From assembly GCA_050011995.1 (NCBI GenBank), contig JBEKIA010000031.1, positions 1 through 43,986 on the forward strand: a stretch of DNA of 43,986 nt, written 5' to 3'. A program made the position numbers and the translations under genes. Origin of the DNA: Verrucomicrobiota bacterium. GTDB taxonomy: Bacteria > Verrucomicrobiota > Verrucomicrobiia > Limisphaerales > Palsa-1400. The notes beneath the pieces were generated by a model. That model was not told the origin of the DNA. It saw only the letters and a program-made list of their open reading frames with translations, and made no database searches. Within the stretch, counting starts at the first letter, position 1. Every line of letters starts with the position of its first letter. This document shows, piece by piece, positions 1 through 10,024 of this stretch.

Positions 1-112
1 TTCCCTTGTTCGCGCCGCCCACTTGCTGGGGCCGGGCGGGTGAGGGAGAATTGGTTTTTCGCTCACACTCATTCGGACGGCAGAATGTCAGACCCAAGGG
101 AAATTGTCAACC
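1..112 (-). promoter_or_regulatory. Conserved promoter-leader element, copy 1 (sigma70-like TTGACA-N17-CATTCT), driving a gene off the left edge
   Basis: -35 at 105-110 and -10 at 82-87 on the minus strand. The downstream sequence is strongly similar to 13527-13680 and 3815-3902. Confidence 0.7.
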
Positions 113-144
113 GGCAAGAACTCAGGCCTTGCGGGCCGGGGCTT

Positions 145-1338
145 TCAAGCCGCTGCCTGCTCTTGAGCGGCGGGGGAGGGATAACGGCCGGCCAGGTGGA
201 ACTGGCCGAGCATGGCGGCGCCGTCCAGGGAAGATTCTTCGCGGTATTCGTAATCAAAATCGCCGGTCCAGCGTTTCTTGGCGTCAATATAACCGCGGAT
301 CTTCGCGCCGCCGCCGGTGGTGGTAACCTTGCGGCCGAGTTTCACCTTCCCGGCGACCTCTTTGAGATGCTCGCGGTGGTAGAGGGCGTTGCCACGGATG
401 ATGGATAGCAACAGGTCCTGCCGGGTGGTTTCGAGCGTTACGCCGGTGAAGCTGGCCTTGAGTTGCTCCATCGAATAGCGCGAGCCGCCCAGGAAGGGCA
501 CGTACACCGGCAGCGATTCCTCGCGGCGGTCGCAGTCCGCGGCATCGAAAAATGAGCGAAGAGTCTCGGGAATATAGGCTTCGTAGAACTGCTGCCCGGT
601 CATGTCGCGGCAGAAGACGGAGTGGAACCACTCCAGAGCCTTGCCGCCGGTATTGAGCACGAAGAAGGTGACCCAGCGGCCCGGAATGGCGTGGCAACGA
701 ATGTTGTAGTTGGGCGAGCCGATGGGCCGGTCCACGCAGACGAAGGTGATGTCGCAGGTGCCGCAGACGCTGTTGATGTCGCCCGGTTCGGTGATGCCGC
801 CGGAAAGCGCGCTCAACACGGCGTCGTTGCCTCCGCACAGAACCACGCAATCGGCGGGCAGTCCGAAATGCGCGGCCATCTCCGGGAGGATGCGGCCAGC
901 CGGTTGGTGGGAGTGCATCAGATTCGGCAGCTTGGTTTCGGGGATGCCCGCGATTTCCAACACGTCCCGGTTCCAGGTAAGATCGTTGCGCGCGCTGTTG
1001 TAGAGGCCCGTAATGGAGACGGTGGAGGGGTCAATCACCCAGGCGCCGGTCAGGCGCTTGACCATGTGGGTGTTGGTGTGCCCGAACCTGGCCGCGGCGG
1101 CCCACACTTCCGGCCGCTTTTCCTTGAACCATAGAATCGAGCAGAGCGAAGAGCCTCCGGAGACCGGCAAGTTGCACGTTTCGCGGAGGAACTTCTCTTC
1201 TCCCACGGCCTCGCGGATGGCGCGGGCCTGCTCGTGGGAGCGCCCGTCGAAGAACAGGATGGCGGGGGCCAGAGCGGTCCCGTCTTCGGCCATGGGCAGC
1301 AGGCCGGGCGTGGTCACGGAAAATGACACGACTCCCAC
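145..1338 (-). pseudogene. FGGY-family carbohydrate kinase (xylulokinase-like), apparently lacking its N-terminus
   Basis: FGGY motifs PAILFFDGRS, GGNDA, CGT, PFLGGSR, TGGGAK and GAAMLG are present. The ORF begins at GVVSFS, with no N-terminal DxGTxxxK phosphate-1 motif, only 16 bp after the upstream stop. Confidence 0.7.
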
Positions 1339-1354
1339 AGCCTTAAGAAAGGGC

Positions 1355-2281
1355 TCACAACAAACCCTCCTCCGCGAGGAGGAGTCGCATGGCTTCCACC
1401 TGCTCCACAGTCAAAGGAAGCAGCGGACGGCGCGGAATGCCCCCTTTGAACCCGGCCAGAGTCATGGCGGCTTTGACGCCGGAAGGCCCGTAAGGGCCGG
1501 AGATGGCATGGTTGATGCGAGTCACGCGCTCCTGAAGTGGCAGGCCCCGTTGTTCATCCCGCTCCTGGCCACAGCGGAAAAGTCCGAGCGCCAGGTCCGG
1601 AAACGAATTGGCCAGGGAGACCGTGCCGCCCACCGAGCCGCCCATCATGGCCCGAAACAGGAAGTTGGCCGACCCCGCGAGGACATGAAAACTCCCGGAT
1701 TCGAACGGCAGGAAATTCTCGATGCCGCTGGATGCGCTGTCTTTCATGCCAACGATGTTGGGGTGCCCCGCCAGGCGGCCCACCAGCGCGGGCGTGAGAG
1801 TGATGCCGCAGAACCCGGGCGCATTGTACAAGACCACGGGAATCGGCGAGGCGTCGGCCAGCGTGGAGAAATAGCGGAACAGAACGTCATCGGTCATCTG
1901 CTTGCGGAAGTAGCCCGGGGAAAGCACCAGGCCGAAATCAGCGCCCAGCGCCCCGGCTTGGTGAAGGAACCGCTCAGCGTCGCGCTGGGCATCGTAGGCC
2001 GCGCCGGCCATCACCACTTGGCCGGGCCGCTTGTGCCCGATGATGCGGCGCAACACGGCCAGCCGCTCGCTCTCCGTGAGGCTGCGGTTCTCGCCGTTGG
2101 ATCCCAGCGCCAGAAAGCCCAGCAATCCGGTGGCGGCGTAGCGCTCGACGTTGAAGATCAGGGCGTCGTAATCCACCTCCTCCCCGTCGGTGAAGGGCGT
2201 CGAGATGGGCGCGAATACCCCGGCCATGCGGCTGCGCAACGGGCCGGTTTCAGGCGCGGGGGGCAGAGATTCGGTGGGCAT
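1355..2281 (-). CDS. DapA/NAL-family class I aldolase (HOGA/KDG aldolase-like)
   Basis: Motifs STPF, GSNGE, LYNAP and Schiff-base GMKDS. The start is uncertain; ATG 2281 was chosen. Confidence 0.85.
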   Translation of the reverse strand: MPTESLPPAPETGPLRSRMAGVFAPISTPFTDGEEVDYDALIFNVERYAATGLLGFLALGSNGENRSLTESERLAVLRRIIGHKRPGQVVMAGAAYDAQRDAERFLHQAGALGADFGLVLSPGYFRKQMTDDVLFRYFSTLADASPIPVVLYNAPGFCGITLTPALVGRLAGHPNIVGMKDSASSGIENFLPFESGSFHVLAGSANFLFRAMMGGSVGGTVSLANSFPDLALGLFRCGQERDEQRGLPLQERVTRINHAISGPYGPSGVKAAMTLAGFKGGIPRRPLLPLTVEQVEAMRLLLAEEGLL

Positions 2282-2326
2282 AAGCGGGTGTCGGTGCGGG
2301 CCGGGCCATGCCCCGCACACCTCAAG

Positions 2327-3679
2327 TCATTGTCCGCCTTTTGCGGCGTTCATGAACCTCCTCTGGTAAGAGACAACCAGGTTGCAGCTTGTGAACATGG
2401 CAAGGTAGGAGGGTTCGGCAGTGATCACCACACGTTTGTTCATGTCCCTGAACTCCTCTTCCGCCAGCAATTTGTCAATGTCAGGATAGTTCCTCGGTCC
2501 CTCCATGCTGCAGATGATCAGCCTTGTGTCCGGAAGGTTCGCGTTTCTCAAGACCCTCAGATTGTGTCTCACCCCATCCAACCCATCTCTTCCTTCGCTG
2601 GTGTCCACCTTTCTGTATTCCAGCAGCAACTTCGCGGTCTCCTTCACCGTATTCAGATCCAGGTTGGAATCATTGGCTGAAAAATAGTCGCCTTCGATCA
2701 TGAAGGTCCTCAATTGCTTGAGATGGGCTTCATTGCCGCCCAATTCGTATGCGGACAATAGAGCCTTGATATTCTGGCTCTGGTGATGCCGGTGCCGAAT
2801 AAAACTGTTGATAAAATAGGGTCTTGCCTGAAGGGCAAGCAGGGTCTGGTAAGGCTCGAACATGAGGGTGAAATTCACCCGGTACCCGTGCTCTTTGAGC
2901 ATCAGGGCGAGATTGTGCCCGTGCAACATGTCCTGGGTGCTGCCTTCTTGATACCTGCGGTAAAACTTCTTTCCCTCGGACAGGAGTTCCTGCACATTGG
3001 CGGCATTGACCGGTCCGGTATGCGGGACCTTAATAACCACCCTGTATTTTGTAAGCATCTCCCTGAATTTCGCCGCTTCCTCGAGGATCCGCTCTGTTGA
3101 AGAATTGAAAGGATCGTTCAATTCGACACTGATGTCCACCCCAGGACCCAGGATCCGCCCAAGTTCCCGCATCACTTCATCCCTTGTCTTGAACCGGTTG
3201 TCTTTATTGGCCTTGGGATTATTGATAAAGAGGTCGTAAATGATTCCTGGATTGCAGGTAAGGTTTGCCAAAAGGTCTTTGATCGGTTCCACTTCGTATG
3301 GGTTGGCGCTATCCGCCGAAAACAAGACATTCGTCGGTCTCTTGATGCCGTTCCGGCCATAGGAGATGTCCCTGGCCAAATCCACTTTCAGTACCGTCCC
3401 TTCCTCCAGCAAATAGTCAACCCTGAATCCCGCGGGGGTCTCGCCCTCCGGAACCTTGAACAGGTCAACCACCGCCCGGAATTCACGGGTAACCGCCGCA
3501 ACCTTCACCACGTTTTTCAGTTTCAAATACGTGTCGTAACATAGCGAATGTTCACAAACCCGTCTCAAGTAAGGTATGTCGCCCTCTTCTTGCCGGATAT
3601 CCTCGGACTCCAGCAATGTTCTCAATTTGCACTTTAGGGTCTGATGGTCTTCCATTCCACTCATTTGTGATTGTTTCAT
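2327..3679 (-). CDS. Transaldolase-family protein with an N-terminal extension
   Basis: SADSAN, LTCNP, ISVE, VVIKVP (Schiff-base Lys) and VNFTLMF motifs follow ~120 extra residues. GC is visibly lower than the flanks. The start is uncertain. Confidence 0.8.
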   Translation of the reverse strand: MKQSQMSGMEDHQTLKCKLRTLLESEDIRQEEGDIPYLRRVCEHSLCYDTYLKLKNVVKVAAVTREFRAVVDLFKVPEGETPAGFRVDYLLEEGTVLKVDLARDISYGRNGIKRPTNVLFSADSANPYEVEPIKDLLANLTCNPGIIYDLFINNPKANKDNRFKTRDEVMRELGRILGPGVDISVELNDPFNSSTERILEEAAKFREMLTKYRVVIKVPHTGPVNAANVQELLSEGKKFYRRYQEGSTQDMLHGHNLALMLKEHGYRVNFTLMFEPYQTLLALQARPYFINSFIRHRHHQSQNIKALLSAYELGGNEAHLKQLRTFMIEGDYFSANDSNLDLNTVKETAKLLLEYRKVDTSEGRDGLDGVRHNLRVLRNANLPDTRLIICSMEGPRNYPDIDKLLAEEEFRDMNKRVVITAEPSYLAMFTSCNLVVSYQRRFMNAAKGGQ

Positions 3680-3814
3680 TTCGTCACTATTGGCGTCTTT
3701 CCGTTTGCCTGGCGGGCAGGCCATGCTCCACGCCCTTGATGGCATCGAGTTCGCCTTCCATCTGTTTGACGGTCTTCACCGGAAGGATTCGATTTCGGGA
3801 GTGATGGCCACTGA

Positions 3815-3902
3815 TAGGAAATCGGCCTTTTCGCGCTGCCGGTTCATTTTCGCCACGCTCAATCTGGCGGCATGGTGTCAGACGGACGGGAGATTGTCAA
3901 CG
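3815..3902 (-). promoter_or_regulatory. Conserved promoter-leader element, copy 2 (TTGACA-N17-CACCAT)
   Basis: -35 at 3895-3900 and -10 at 3872-3877. Similar to copies 1 and 3 but more diverged downstream of the -10. Confidence 0.65.
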
Positions 3903-4245
3903 GTCAAATTCTGGAGATTCTGCCTGTGTTTTGCCGGCTTTGGCTGGCCGCAGGAGGAGCGGGCCGGAGTTGCGCGGGGGTCCGCCGGCGTTGCTGGAGC
4001 CGGTGTGCGGAATGGCCGCAGTTACGTTGACCGTCGCCTCCGAGCCGGTTGCGGAATGGCTGCATATTGCTTGAGATCATCGCGCGAATGGTCCGCCTCC
4101 ACAGGTTGAGGGGTGGGATTGCGCAAGATTTGGAAAGCAATCGCCAAGTTTTGGGCTGTCAGTTCCGCCGGTTCAGAGGCATGTTTTCTACAGACATTGG
4201 CGGTGTTTTTCGCCTGCCTGAAGAAAAGAAAGCGAAAGTGTAATC

Positions 4246-4773
4246 ATGGTCGCCACAACGGCACAAAAGAAACAGGGCCGGCTGAAGGCAGCGCTCGAAC
4301 ACGCTTCGGGGGACAAGCGCTTCAAGATTCTGGAAGTCCAGATGAAGAAGCACCTGTTCCGGCAGGACGCCTTGATCGAAGTGCTGCACAAGGCGCAGGA
4401 ACTGTTTGGCTGTCTCGATGACGATTTGCTGCTGTTCATTGCCTCCAAGCTCAAGCTGCCGCCCAGCCGCGTCTATGGGGTGGCGACGTTCTATCATTTC
4501 TTCACCCTCAAGCCCCAGGGTCTCCACACATGCGTCGTCTGCATGGGCACGGCCTGTTACGTCAAAGGGGCGGACAAAATTCTCGCCGCCGTCGAGGAAA
4601 GCACCCAAATCAAGCCCGGCGAAACCACCCCGGACAACCGGGTGTCGCTTCTGACCGCGCGGTGCATCGGCGCGTGCGGCATCGCGCCGGCCGTCGTGTA
4701 TGATGGCAAGGTGACCCCGCGCCAGACCGCCGCGGCGGCGCTGGATCAAATCCAGCAATGGAGGGCCAAATGA
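4246..4773 (+). CDS. hoxE: Bidirectional hydrogenase diaphorase subunit HoxE (NuoE-like, 2Fe-2S)
   Basis: LIEVLHKAQE, VYGVATFYHFF, CxGTAC and CIGACG motifs; first gene of the hox operon. Confidence 0.93.
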   Translation: MVATTAQKKQGRLKAALEHASGDKRFKILEVQMKKHLFRQDALIEVLHKAQELFGCLDDDLLLFIASKLKLPPSRVYGVATFYHFFTLKPQGLHTCVVCMGTACYVKGADKILAAVEESTQIKPGETTPDNRVSLLTARCIGACGIAPAVVYDGKVTPRQTAAAALDQIQQWRAK

Positions 4774-6410
4774 TTCACAGCGATCTGCTTCAAATCAAAG
4801 CCAGGGAACTGGCCGGGCGGAAAAAGATCACCCTCCGCTGCTGCATGGCCGCCGGCTGCATGTCCGCCGGCGCGCAAGGCGTGAAACAACAACTCGACAA
4901 AGCGGTGGCGGAAGCGGGTTTGCAAGACCAGGTGGAAGTGCGCGGCGTCGGCTGCCTGAAACTTTGCTGCGAGGGGCCGCTCGTCCAGGCCGACCCGCGG
5001 AATTCCCTCTACATCAGGGTGACGGCGGAAAGCGCGCCGTCCCTGGTCGCCGCGCTCCAAGGCGGCCGCACCGATGTCGCGCAAACCGATCCGAACGCGG
5101 CGTTTTTCAAAGGGCAAACGTTCATCGTGCTGGCCAACAGCGGCGTGATTGATCCGGAGCGCATCGAGTGCTACATCGCGGCGGACGGCTACCTGGCGTT
5201 GCATGAAGTGCTCAACGAAATGGCGCCCAAGGATGTTGTGGCGGCCATGGTGCAGAGCGGCTTGCGCGGTCGCGGCGGGGCGGGTTTTCCCACCGGGATC
5301 AAGTGGGGCACGGTCGCCAAATCGCCGGGCGCCAAGAAGTACGTGATATGCAACGCGGATGAGGGGGATCCCGGGGCGTTCATGGACCGGAGCGTGTTGG
5401 AGAGCGATCCGCACAGCGTGCTGGAAGGCATGGCCATTGCGGCCTACGCGGTCGGGGCGGACCAGGGTTTCATCTACGTGCGGGCGGAATATCCGCTGGC
5501 CATCAGCCGGTTGCAGATCGCCATCAAGCAGGCCAAGCAAATGGGACTGCTCGGCGCCGGCATATTTGAATCGCCCTTCAGCTTCAACGTGGACCTGCGC
5601 ATCGGGGCGGGGGCGTTTGTTTGCGGCGAGGAAACCGCGCTCATGGCCTCGGTCGAAGGCAAGCGCGGGGCGCCGCGGCCGCGGCCGCCGTTTCCGGCGG
5701 AGAGCGGGTTGTGGGGCTACCCCACCCTCATCAACAACGTGGAAACCTTCGCCAACGTGCCGCCGATTTATCGCCGCGGCGCGGAGTGGTTCGCCGGCAT
5801 TGGCACGGAGAAAAGCAAGGGAACGAAAGTTTTTGCGCTGGCGGGCAAGATCAAGAACACCGGCCTGATCGAAGTGCCGATGGGCACGCCGTTGAGGGTC
5901 ATCGTCCAGGAATTGGGCGGGGGCGCTCCGAACGGCGGGCAGATCAAGGCCGTCCAAACCGGCGGGCCGTCGGGGGGCTGCATTCCGGCGCAGCAACTGG
6001 ACACGCCGGTGGATTACGAATCTTTGGGCAAGCTCGGCTCGATCATGGGTTCGGGGGGCATGATTGTCATGGACGAGCAGACCAACATGGTGGAGATCGC
6101 CCGGTTCTTCATGGAATTTTGCATGGACGAATCCTGCGGCAAGTGCATTCCCTGCCGGGCCGGGACGGCGCAGATGCACCATTTGCTGGACAAGATCATC
6201 CGGCGCCAGGCCACGGCCCGGGACCTGGCCAAGCTGGAGGAGCTTTGCGACATGGTCAAAAGCACCAGCCTTTGCGGCCTCGGGCAGACCGCGCCCAACC
6301 CGACCTTGAGCACGCTGCGCTTTTTCCGCAATGAGTACGAGGAATTGCTCCGGGCCGATCCCGGCGGCCCGCCCGGCCAGGGGGATTTGAAGCAACCGCC
6401 GGCGACGTAA
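4770..6410 (+). CDS. hoxF: HoxF (NuoF-like NAD/FMN-binding subunit)
   Basis: GLRGRGGAGFPTG, CNADEGDPG, GAFVCGEET, ESCGKCIPCR and SLCGLG motifs. ATGA overlap with the hoxE stop and a GGAGG RBS favour start 4770. Confidence 0.95.
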   Translation: MIHSDLLQIKARELAGRKKITLRCCMAAGCMSAGAQGVKQQLDKAVAEAGLQDQVEVRGVGCLKLCCEGPLVQADPRNSLYIRVTAESAPSLVAALQGGRTDVAQTDPNAAFFKGQTFIVLANSGVIDPERIECYIAADGYLALHEVLNEMAPKDVVAAMVQSGLRGRGGAGFPTGIKWGTVAKSPGAKKYVICNADEGDPGAFMDRSVLESDPHSVLEGMAIAAYAVGADQGFIYVRAEYPLAISRLQIAIKQAKQMGLLGAGIFESPFSFNVDLRIGAGAFVCGEETALMASVEGKRGAPRPRPPFPAESGLWGYPTLINNVETFANVPPIYRRGAEWFAGIGTEKSKGTKVFALAGKIKNTGLIEVPMGTPLRVIVQELGGGAPNGGQIKAVQTGGPSGGCIPAQQLDTPVDYESLGKLGSIMGSGGMIVMDEQTNMVEIARFFMEFCMDESCGKCIPCRAGTAQMHHLLDKIIRRQATARDLAKLEELCDMVKSTSLCGLGQTAPNPTLSTLRFFRNEYEELLRADPGGPPGQGDLKQPPAT

Positions 6411-6422
6411 TGGAAAACTTTT

Positions 6423-7145
6423 ATGGCTGCCAAAACATTAACCATTAACGGCCAGGAGATCAGCGCCGAGGAAGGCGCGACCATTCTGCAGGCGGCGGAG
6501 GAGGCCGGGGTGAAAATCCCGACCTTGTGCCACCTGGACGGCGTGTATGACGTGGGGGCCTGCCGGCTTTGCCTGGTGGAAGTGGCCGGCCTGCCCAAGC
6601 CGGTTCCGGCTTGCACCACCAAAGTCGCCGAGGGCATGGGGATCAAAACCGACAGCGACCGGCTGCGAAAATATCGCCGCATGACGCTGGAATTGCTGCT
6701 GGCCGAACGCAATCACGTTTGCGCCGTGTGCGTGGCCAACGGCCATTGCGAGTTGCAGACCTTCGCCTGGAGCCAGGGCATTGATCACGTCCGCTACGAT
6801 TATTGCTTCCCGAAATGGGACGTGGACGACACCCATCGCCTCTTTGGCATGGATCATAACCGCTGCATCCTTTGCACGCGTTGCGTGCGCGTCTGCTGGC
6901 ACATTGAGGGCGCGGGCACCAAGAACGTTTCGGGCCGCGGCGCCAACGCCCGCATCATCACCGACCTCAACCAGCCGTGGGGCGAGGCGGATTCCTGCAC
7001 CTCCTGCGGCAAATGCGTGCAAGGCTGCCCGACCGGGGCGCTCTTCCATAAAGGTTCGACGGTGGCCGAAATGGAACGCGACCGCGGCAAACTCGAATTC
7101 ATCGTCACCGCCCGGGAGAAAAAACAATGGATCGCATCCGATTAG
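6423..7145 (+). CDS. hoxU: HoxU (NuoG-like Fe-S subunit)
   Basis: IPTLC, GACRLC, HxCxxC and two CxxCxxC ferredoxin motifs. Confidence 0.95.
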   Translation: MAAKTLTINGQEISAEEGATILQAAEEAGVKIPTLCHLDGVYDVGACRLCLVEVAGLPKPVPACTTKVAEGMGIKTDSDRLRKYRRMTLELLLAERNHVCAVCVANGHCELQTFAWSQGIDHVRYDYCFPKWDVDDTHRLFGMDHNRCILCTRCVRVCWHIEGAGTKNVSGRGANARIITDLNQPWGEADSCTSCGKCVQGCPTGALFHKGSTVAEMERDRGKLEFIVTAREKKQWIASD

Positions 7146-7675
7146 CCACAGCCTGGTTCGGCGGCTGTTCGGGCTGCCACATGTCGTTTCTCGACCTCGA
7201 CGAGTTCCTGATCGAACTCGCCCCCAAGGCGGACCTGGTGTACAGCCCGTTCGCGGACATGAAGGAATATCCGGAAAACGTGGACGTGTGCCTCATCGAA
7301 GGCGCCATCTGCAACGAGGACAATCTGGCGCTGCTGCACAAGATTCGCGCCCGGACCAGACTGCTGGCCGCCTTCGGCGATTGCGCCGTGACCGGCAACG
7401 TGCCCGCCATGCGCAATCAACTCGGCCCCGGCAACAGGGAGAGCGTCCTGCGGCGCGCCTACCTCGAGACCGCCCGGCACAACCCAAGGCTGCCCCAGGA
7501 AGACAGCATCGTGCCGGCGCTGCTGCCGCGCGTCATGCCGGTGCATGAAGTGGTGAAGGTTGAATACTTTCTGCCCGGCTGTCCGCCGCCGGCGGAATGC
7601 ATCAAGGCGCTCCTCGGCCCCCTGTTGATCGGCGCCGGGCCGAAACTGGAAGGAATGCAACTCAGGTTTGGATGA
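7127..7675 (+). CDS. hoxY: HoxY, [NiFe]-hydrogenase small subunit
   Basis: [12 protein letters not shown] and PGCPP motifs; short single-cluster small subunit. Confidence 0.95.
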   Translation: MDRIRLATAWFGGCSGCHMSFLDLDEFLIELAPKADLVYSPFADMKEYPENVDVCLIEGAICNEDNLALLHKIRARTRLLAAFGDCAVTGNVPAMRNQLGPGNRESVLRRAYLETARHNPRLPQEDSIVPALLPRVMPVHEVVKVEYFLPGCPPPAECIKALLGPLLIGAGPKLEGMQLRFG

Positions 7676-7678
7676 GGT

Positions 7679-9103
7679 ATGTCAAAACGAATTGTCATTG
7701 ATCCCGTGACCCGCATCGAGGGCCACGCCAAGATCAGCATCTTCATGGACGACGAGGGCAACGTGTCGGACGCCGAATTTCACGTCGTGGAGTTTCGCGG
7801 CTTCGAGAAATTCTGCGAGGGCCGTCCTTATAGCGAAATGCCCGGCATCACGCAGCGCATCTGCGGCATCTGCCCCGTCAGCCACACGCTCGCCTCGGCC
7901 AAGGCGGGCGACGCCATCATGGCGGTCAGCATCCCCCCCGCCGCCGGCAAATTGCGCCGCCTGATGAACCTGGGCCAGATCGTGCAGAGCCATGCGCTGA
8001 GTTTTTTCCTCTTGAGCGCGCCGGATTTCCTGCTCGGCTGGGACACCCCCCCGGCGCAACGAAATGTTTTCGGCCTCATCGCCTCAAACCCGGGACTGGC
8101 CCGCGCCGGCATCCGCCTGCGCCAATTCGGCCAGGAGGTGATTGAGATTATCGGCGGCAAGAAAATTCATCCCGCCTGGGCCGTGCCCGGCGGGGCGCGC
8201 AATCCGTTGACCGGGGAAGGGCGCGACCGGATTGGCGCGCGGCTGCCGGAAGCGTTCGCCACAACCAAACTGGCCTTGGACCTGTTCCAAAAGACGATGG
8301 AGACGCACCAGCGCGAGATGCAAATTCTCGGCAACTTTCCGTCGCTGTTCATGGGCCTGGTGACGCCGGACGGCGCCTGGGAGCACTACGACGGCAACCT
8401 GCGCTTCAGCGACAGCAGCGGGAGCATCATTGCCGACCAATTGGAGCCGCGGCGGTATGAGGAGTTCATCGGCGAATCGGTGCAAGGCTCGTCCTATCTC
8501 AAGTCGCCCTATTACACGCCGCTGGGTTTCCCGGAGGGCATGTATCGCGTCGGCCCCCTGGCGCGGCTCAACATCAGCGAGCGCATGGGCGCGCCGCAGG
8601 CGGACGCCGCGCTGAGGGATTTCAAGAGCCTGGGGCGGGGCGCGGTCACCTCCTCGTTTCTCTATCACTACGCGCGGCTGATCGAAATCCTGGCCGCGCT
8701 GGAATTCATCGAGCGCTCTCTGGACGACCCGGATTTGTTGAGCGAAGACCTGCGGGCCGACGCCGGCATCAACAGCCTGCGCGGGGTGGGCGCGAGCGAG
8801 GCGCCGCGCGGCACGCTGTTCCACGATTACACCGTGGATCGCAACGGCCTTCTGGAAAAGGTCAACCTGATCGTTGCCACCGGCCAAAATAACCTGGCCA
8901 TGAATCAGACGGTGGCCCAAATCGCGCGGCATTACGTCCGGGGGAATGTCATTCCCGAACCGCTGCTCAACCGGGTCGAACACGGCATCCGCTGTTACGA
9001 TCCGTGCCTGAGCTGCTCAACTCATGCCGTCGGACAAATGCCGCTGCACATCCAGTTGATCGCCCCAAACGGCGCGGTCTTGAACGAAGCCATGCGCGGT
9101 TGA
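7679..9103 (+). CDS. hoxH: HoxH, group 3d [NiFe]-hydrogenase large subunit
   Basis: [10 protein letters not shown]1 [15 protein letters not shown] and L2 DPCLSCSTH followed by a cleavable C-terminal extension. Confidence 0.96.
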   Translation: MSKRIVIDPVTRIEGHAKISIFMDDEGNVSDAEFHVVEFRGFEKFCEGRPYSEMPGITQRICGICPVSHTLASAKAGDAIMAVSIPPAAGKLRRLMNLGQIVQSHALSFFLLSAPDFLLGWDTPPAQRNVFGLIASNPGLARAGIRLRQFGQEVIEIIGGKKIHPAWAVPGGARNPLTGEGRDRIGARLPEAFATTKLALDLFQKTMETHQREMQILGNFPSLFMGLVTPDGAWEHYDGNLRFSDSSGSIIADQLEPRRYEEFIGESVQGSSYLKSPYYTPLGFPEGMYRVGPLARLNISERMGAPQADAALRDFKSLGRGAVTSSFLYHYARLIEILAALEFIERSLDDPDLLSEDLRADAGINSLRGVGASEAPRGTLFHDYTVDRNGLLEKVNLIVATGQNNLAMNQTVAQIARHYVRGNVIPEPLLNRVEHGIRCYDPCLSCSTHAVGQMPLHIQLIAPNGAVLNEAMRG

Positions 9104-9121
9104 ATTGCGTCCGGTGAGGGC

Positions 9122-9259
9122 GGGGCGCATTGCACTTTTTGGGTGGTTTTTCCTAATCTTAATCCTAATCTCAATCTTGTTCGGAGAAGCGGGGCAGGAT
9201 TAGGTTAAGATTAAGATTATGATTAAGATTAGGAGGGAATACTCAAAATGAAATGTGCC
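9122..9259 (+). repeat. Palindromic REP/MITE-like element with (AATCYT)n hexamer arms, copy A
   Basis: GGGGCGCATTGCACTTTTTGGG, (TAATCY)n, spacer, (GATTAR)n, degenerate right end. Near-identical to the reverse complement of 11752-11885. Confidence 0.85.
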
Positions 9260-9287
9260 GGTCCCCCAACTCCGGCCCCCTGCCCTC

Positions 9288-9794
9288 ATGAGCCGCATGC
9301 CATCCTCCATCCGGCGCGATGATTTTCTCATCGTCGGCTACGGCAACACGCTGCGCGGCGATGATGGCGCAGGCCCGCGTGTGGCCGAGGCTGTGGCGGC
9401 CTTGAATTATCCCGGCGCGCGCGCCCTGGCATGCGCGCTGCTCACGCCCGAGTTGGCCGACCCCATTTCACAAGCTCGGGCCGTCCTCTTCGTGGACGCC
9501 GCCGTGGATGCGCCGCGCGAAGTCCGCTTGCGCAAAATCGAACCGGCCGAGTCCGCGCAAATCATGTCCCACGCCGCCGGCCCCGCCGCGCTGCTGGCGC
9601 TGGCCCGCGACGTCTTTGGTCGCGCGCCCGAAGCCTGGTGGCTGACCATCCCGGCGGTGAAGTTCGATTTCGGCGGCGATTTTTCGCCCCAAACACAACA
9701 AGGCATCGCCCGCGCGCTGGAGAAAATTGAGTCCCTCTGCCGCCAGAAGTCAGCCGGCGCGTCCCCGCGCCCCGACCAGCCCGGGCAACATTGA
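9288..9794 (+). CDS. hoxW: Hydrogenase maturation endopeptidase (HoxW-like)
   Basis: VGYGNTLRGDDGAG, LTPE, FVDA and SH motifs; located directly after hoxH. Confidence 0.88.
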   Translation: MSRMPSSIRRDDFLIVGYGNTLRGDDGAGPRVAEAVAALNYPGARALACALLTPELADPISQARAVLFVDAAVDAPREVRLRKIEPAESAQIMSHAAGPAALLALARDVFGRAPEAWWLTIPAVKFDFGGDFSPQTQQGIARALEKIESLCRQKSAGASPRPDQPGQH

Positions 9795-9995
9795 TAAGCC
9801 TTGCCTCTGAGTGGCAGAGCCGTCCCGGCTCTGTCTGGCGTGGGCAAAAGAAGCACTTGGAGAGGCGGGAGATCGGTGGGCAAATTTTGCCCGGCGGAAG
9901 GGCGGGCAGGCGAATTGACACCTCAAGAAACGCCGCAACCGGCAATTTCCGCTCTCAAAACCGCCATTTTCCGCGATTTTCATGTGTACAGCGGT

Positions 9996-10010
9996 TGGCA
10001 CGAATTCTGA
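9996..10010 (+). promoter_or_regulatory. Possible sigma54 promoter (TGGCACG-N4-CTGA)
   Basis: Perfect -24 element but imperfect -12, 14 bp upstream of the response regulator start. Confidence 0.35.
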
Positions 10011-10024
10011 TATGAAGACTGTCC

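Noticed and set aside
3690-3790. Short minus-strand frame VKTVKQMEGELDAIKGVEHG upstream of the transaldolase
   Set aside because: It looks protein-like and may be a gene remnant, but it is too short to support a call without a search.
8998-9030. Selenocysteine ([NiFeSe]) in HoxH
   Set aside because: The L2 motif is DPCLSC with normal Cys codons and no in-frame TGA.
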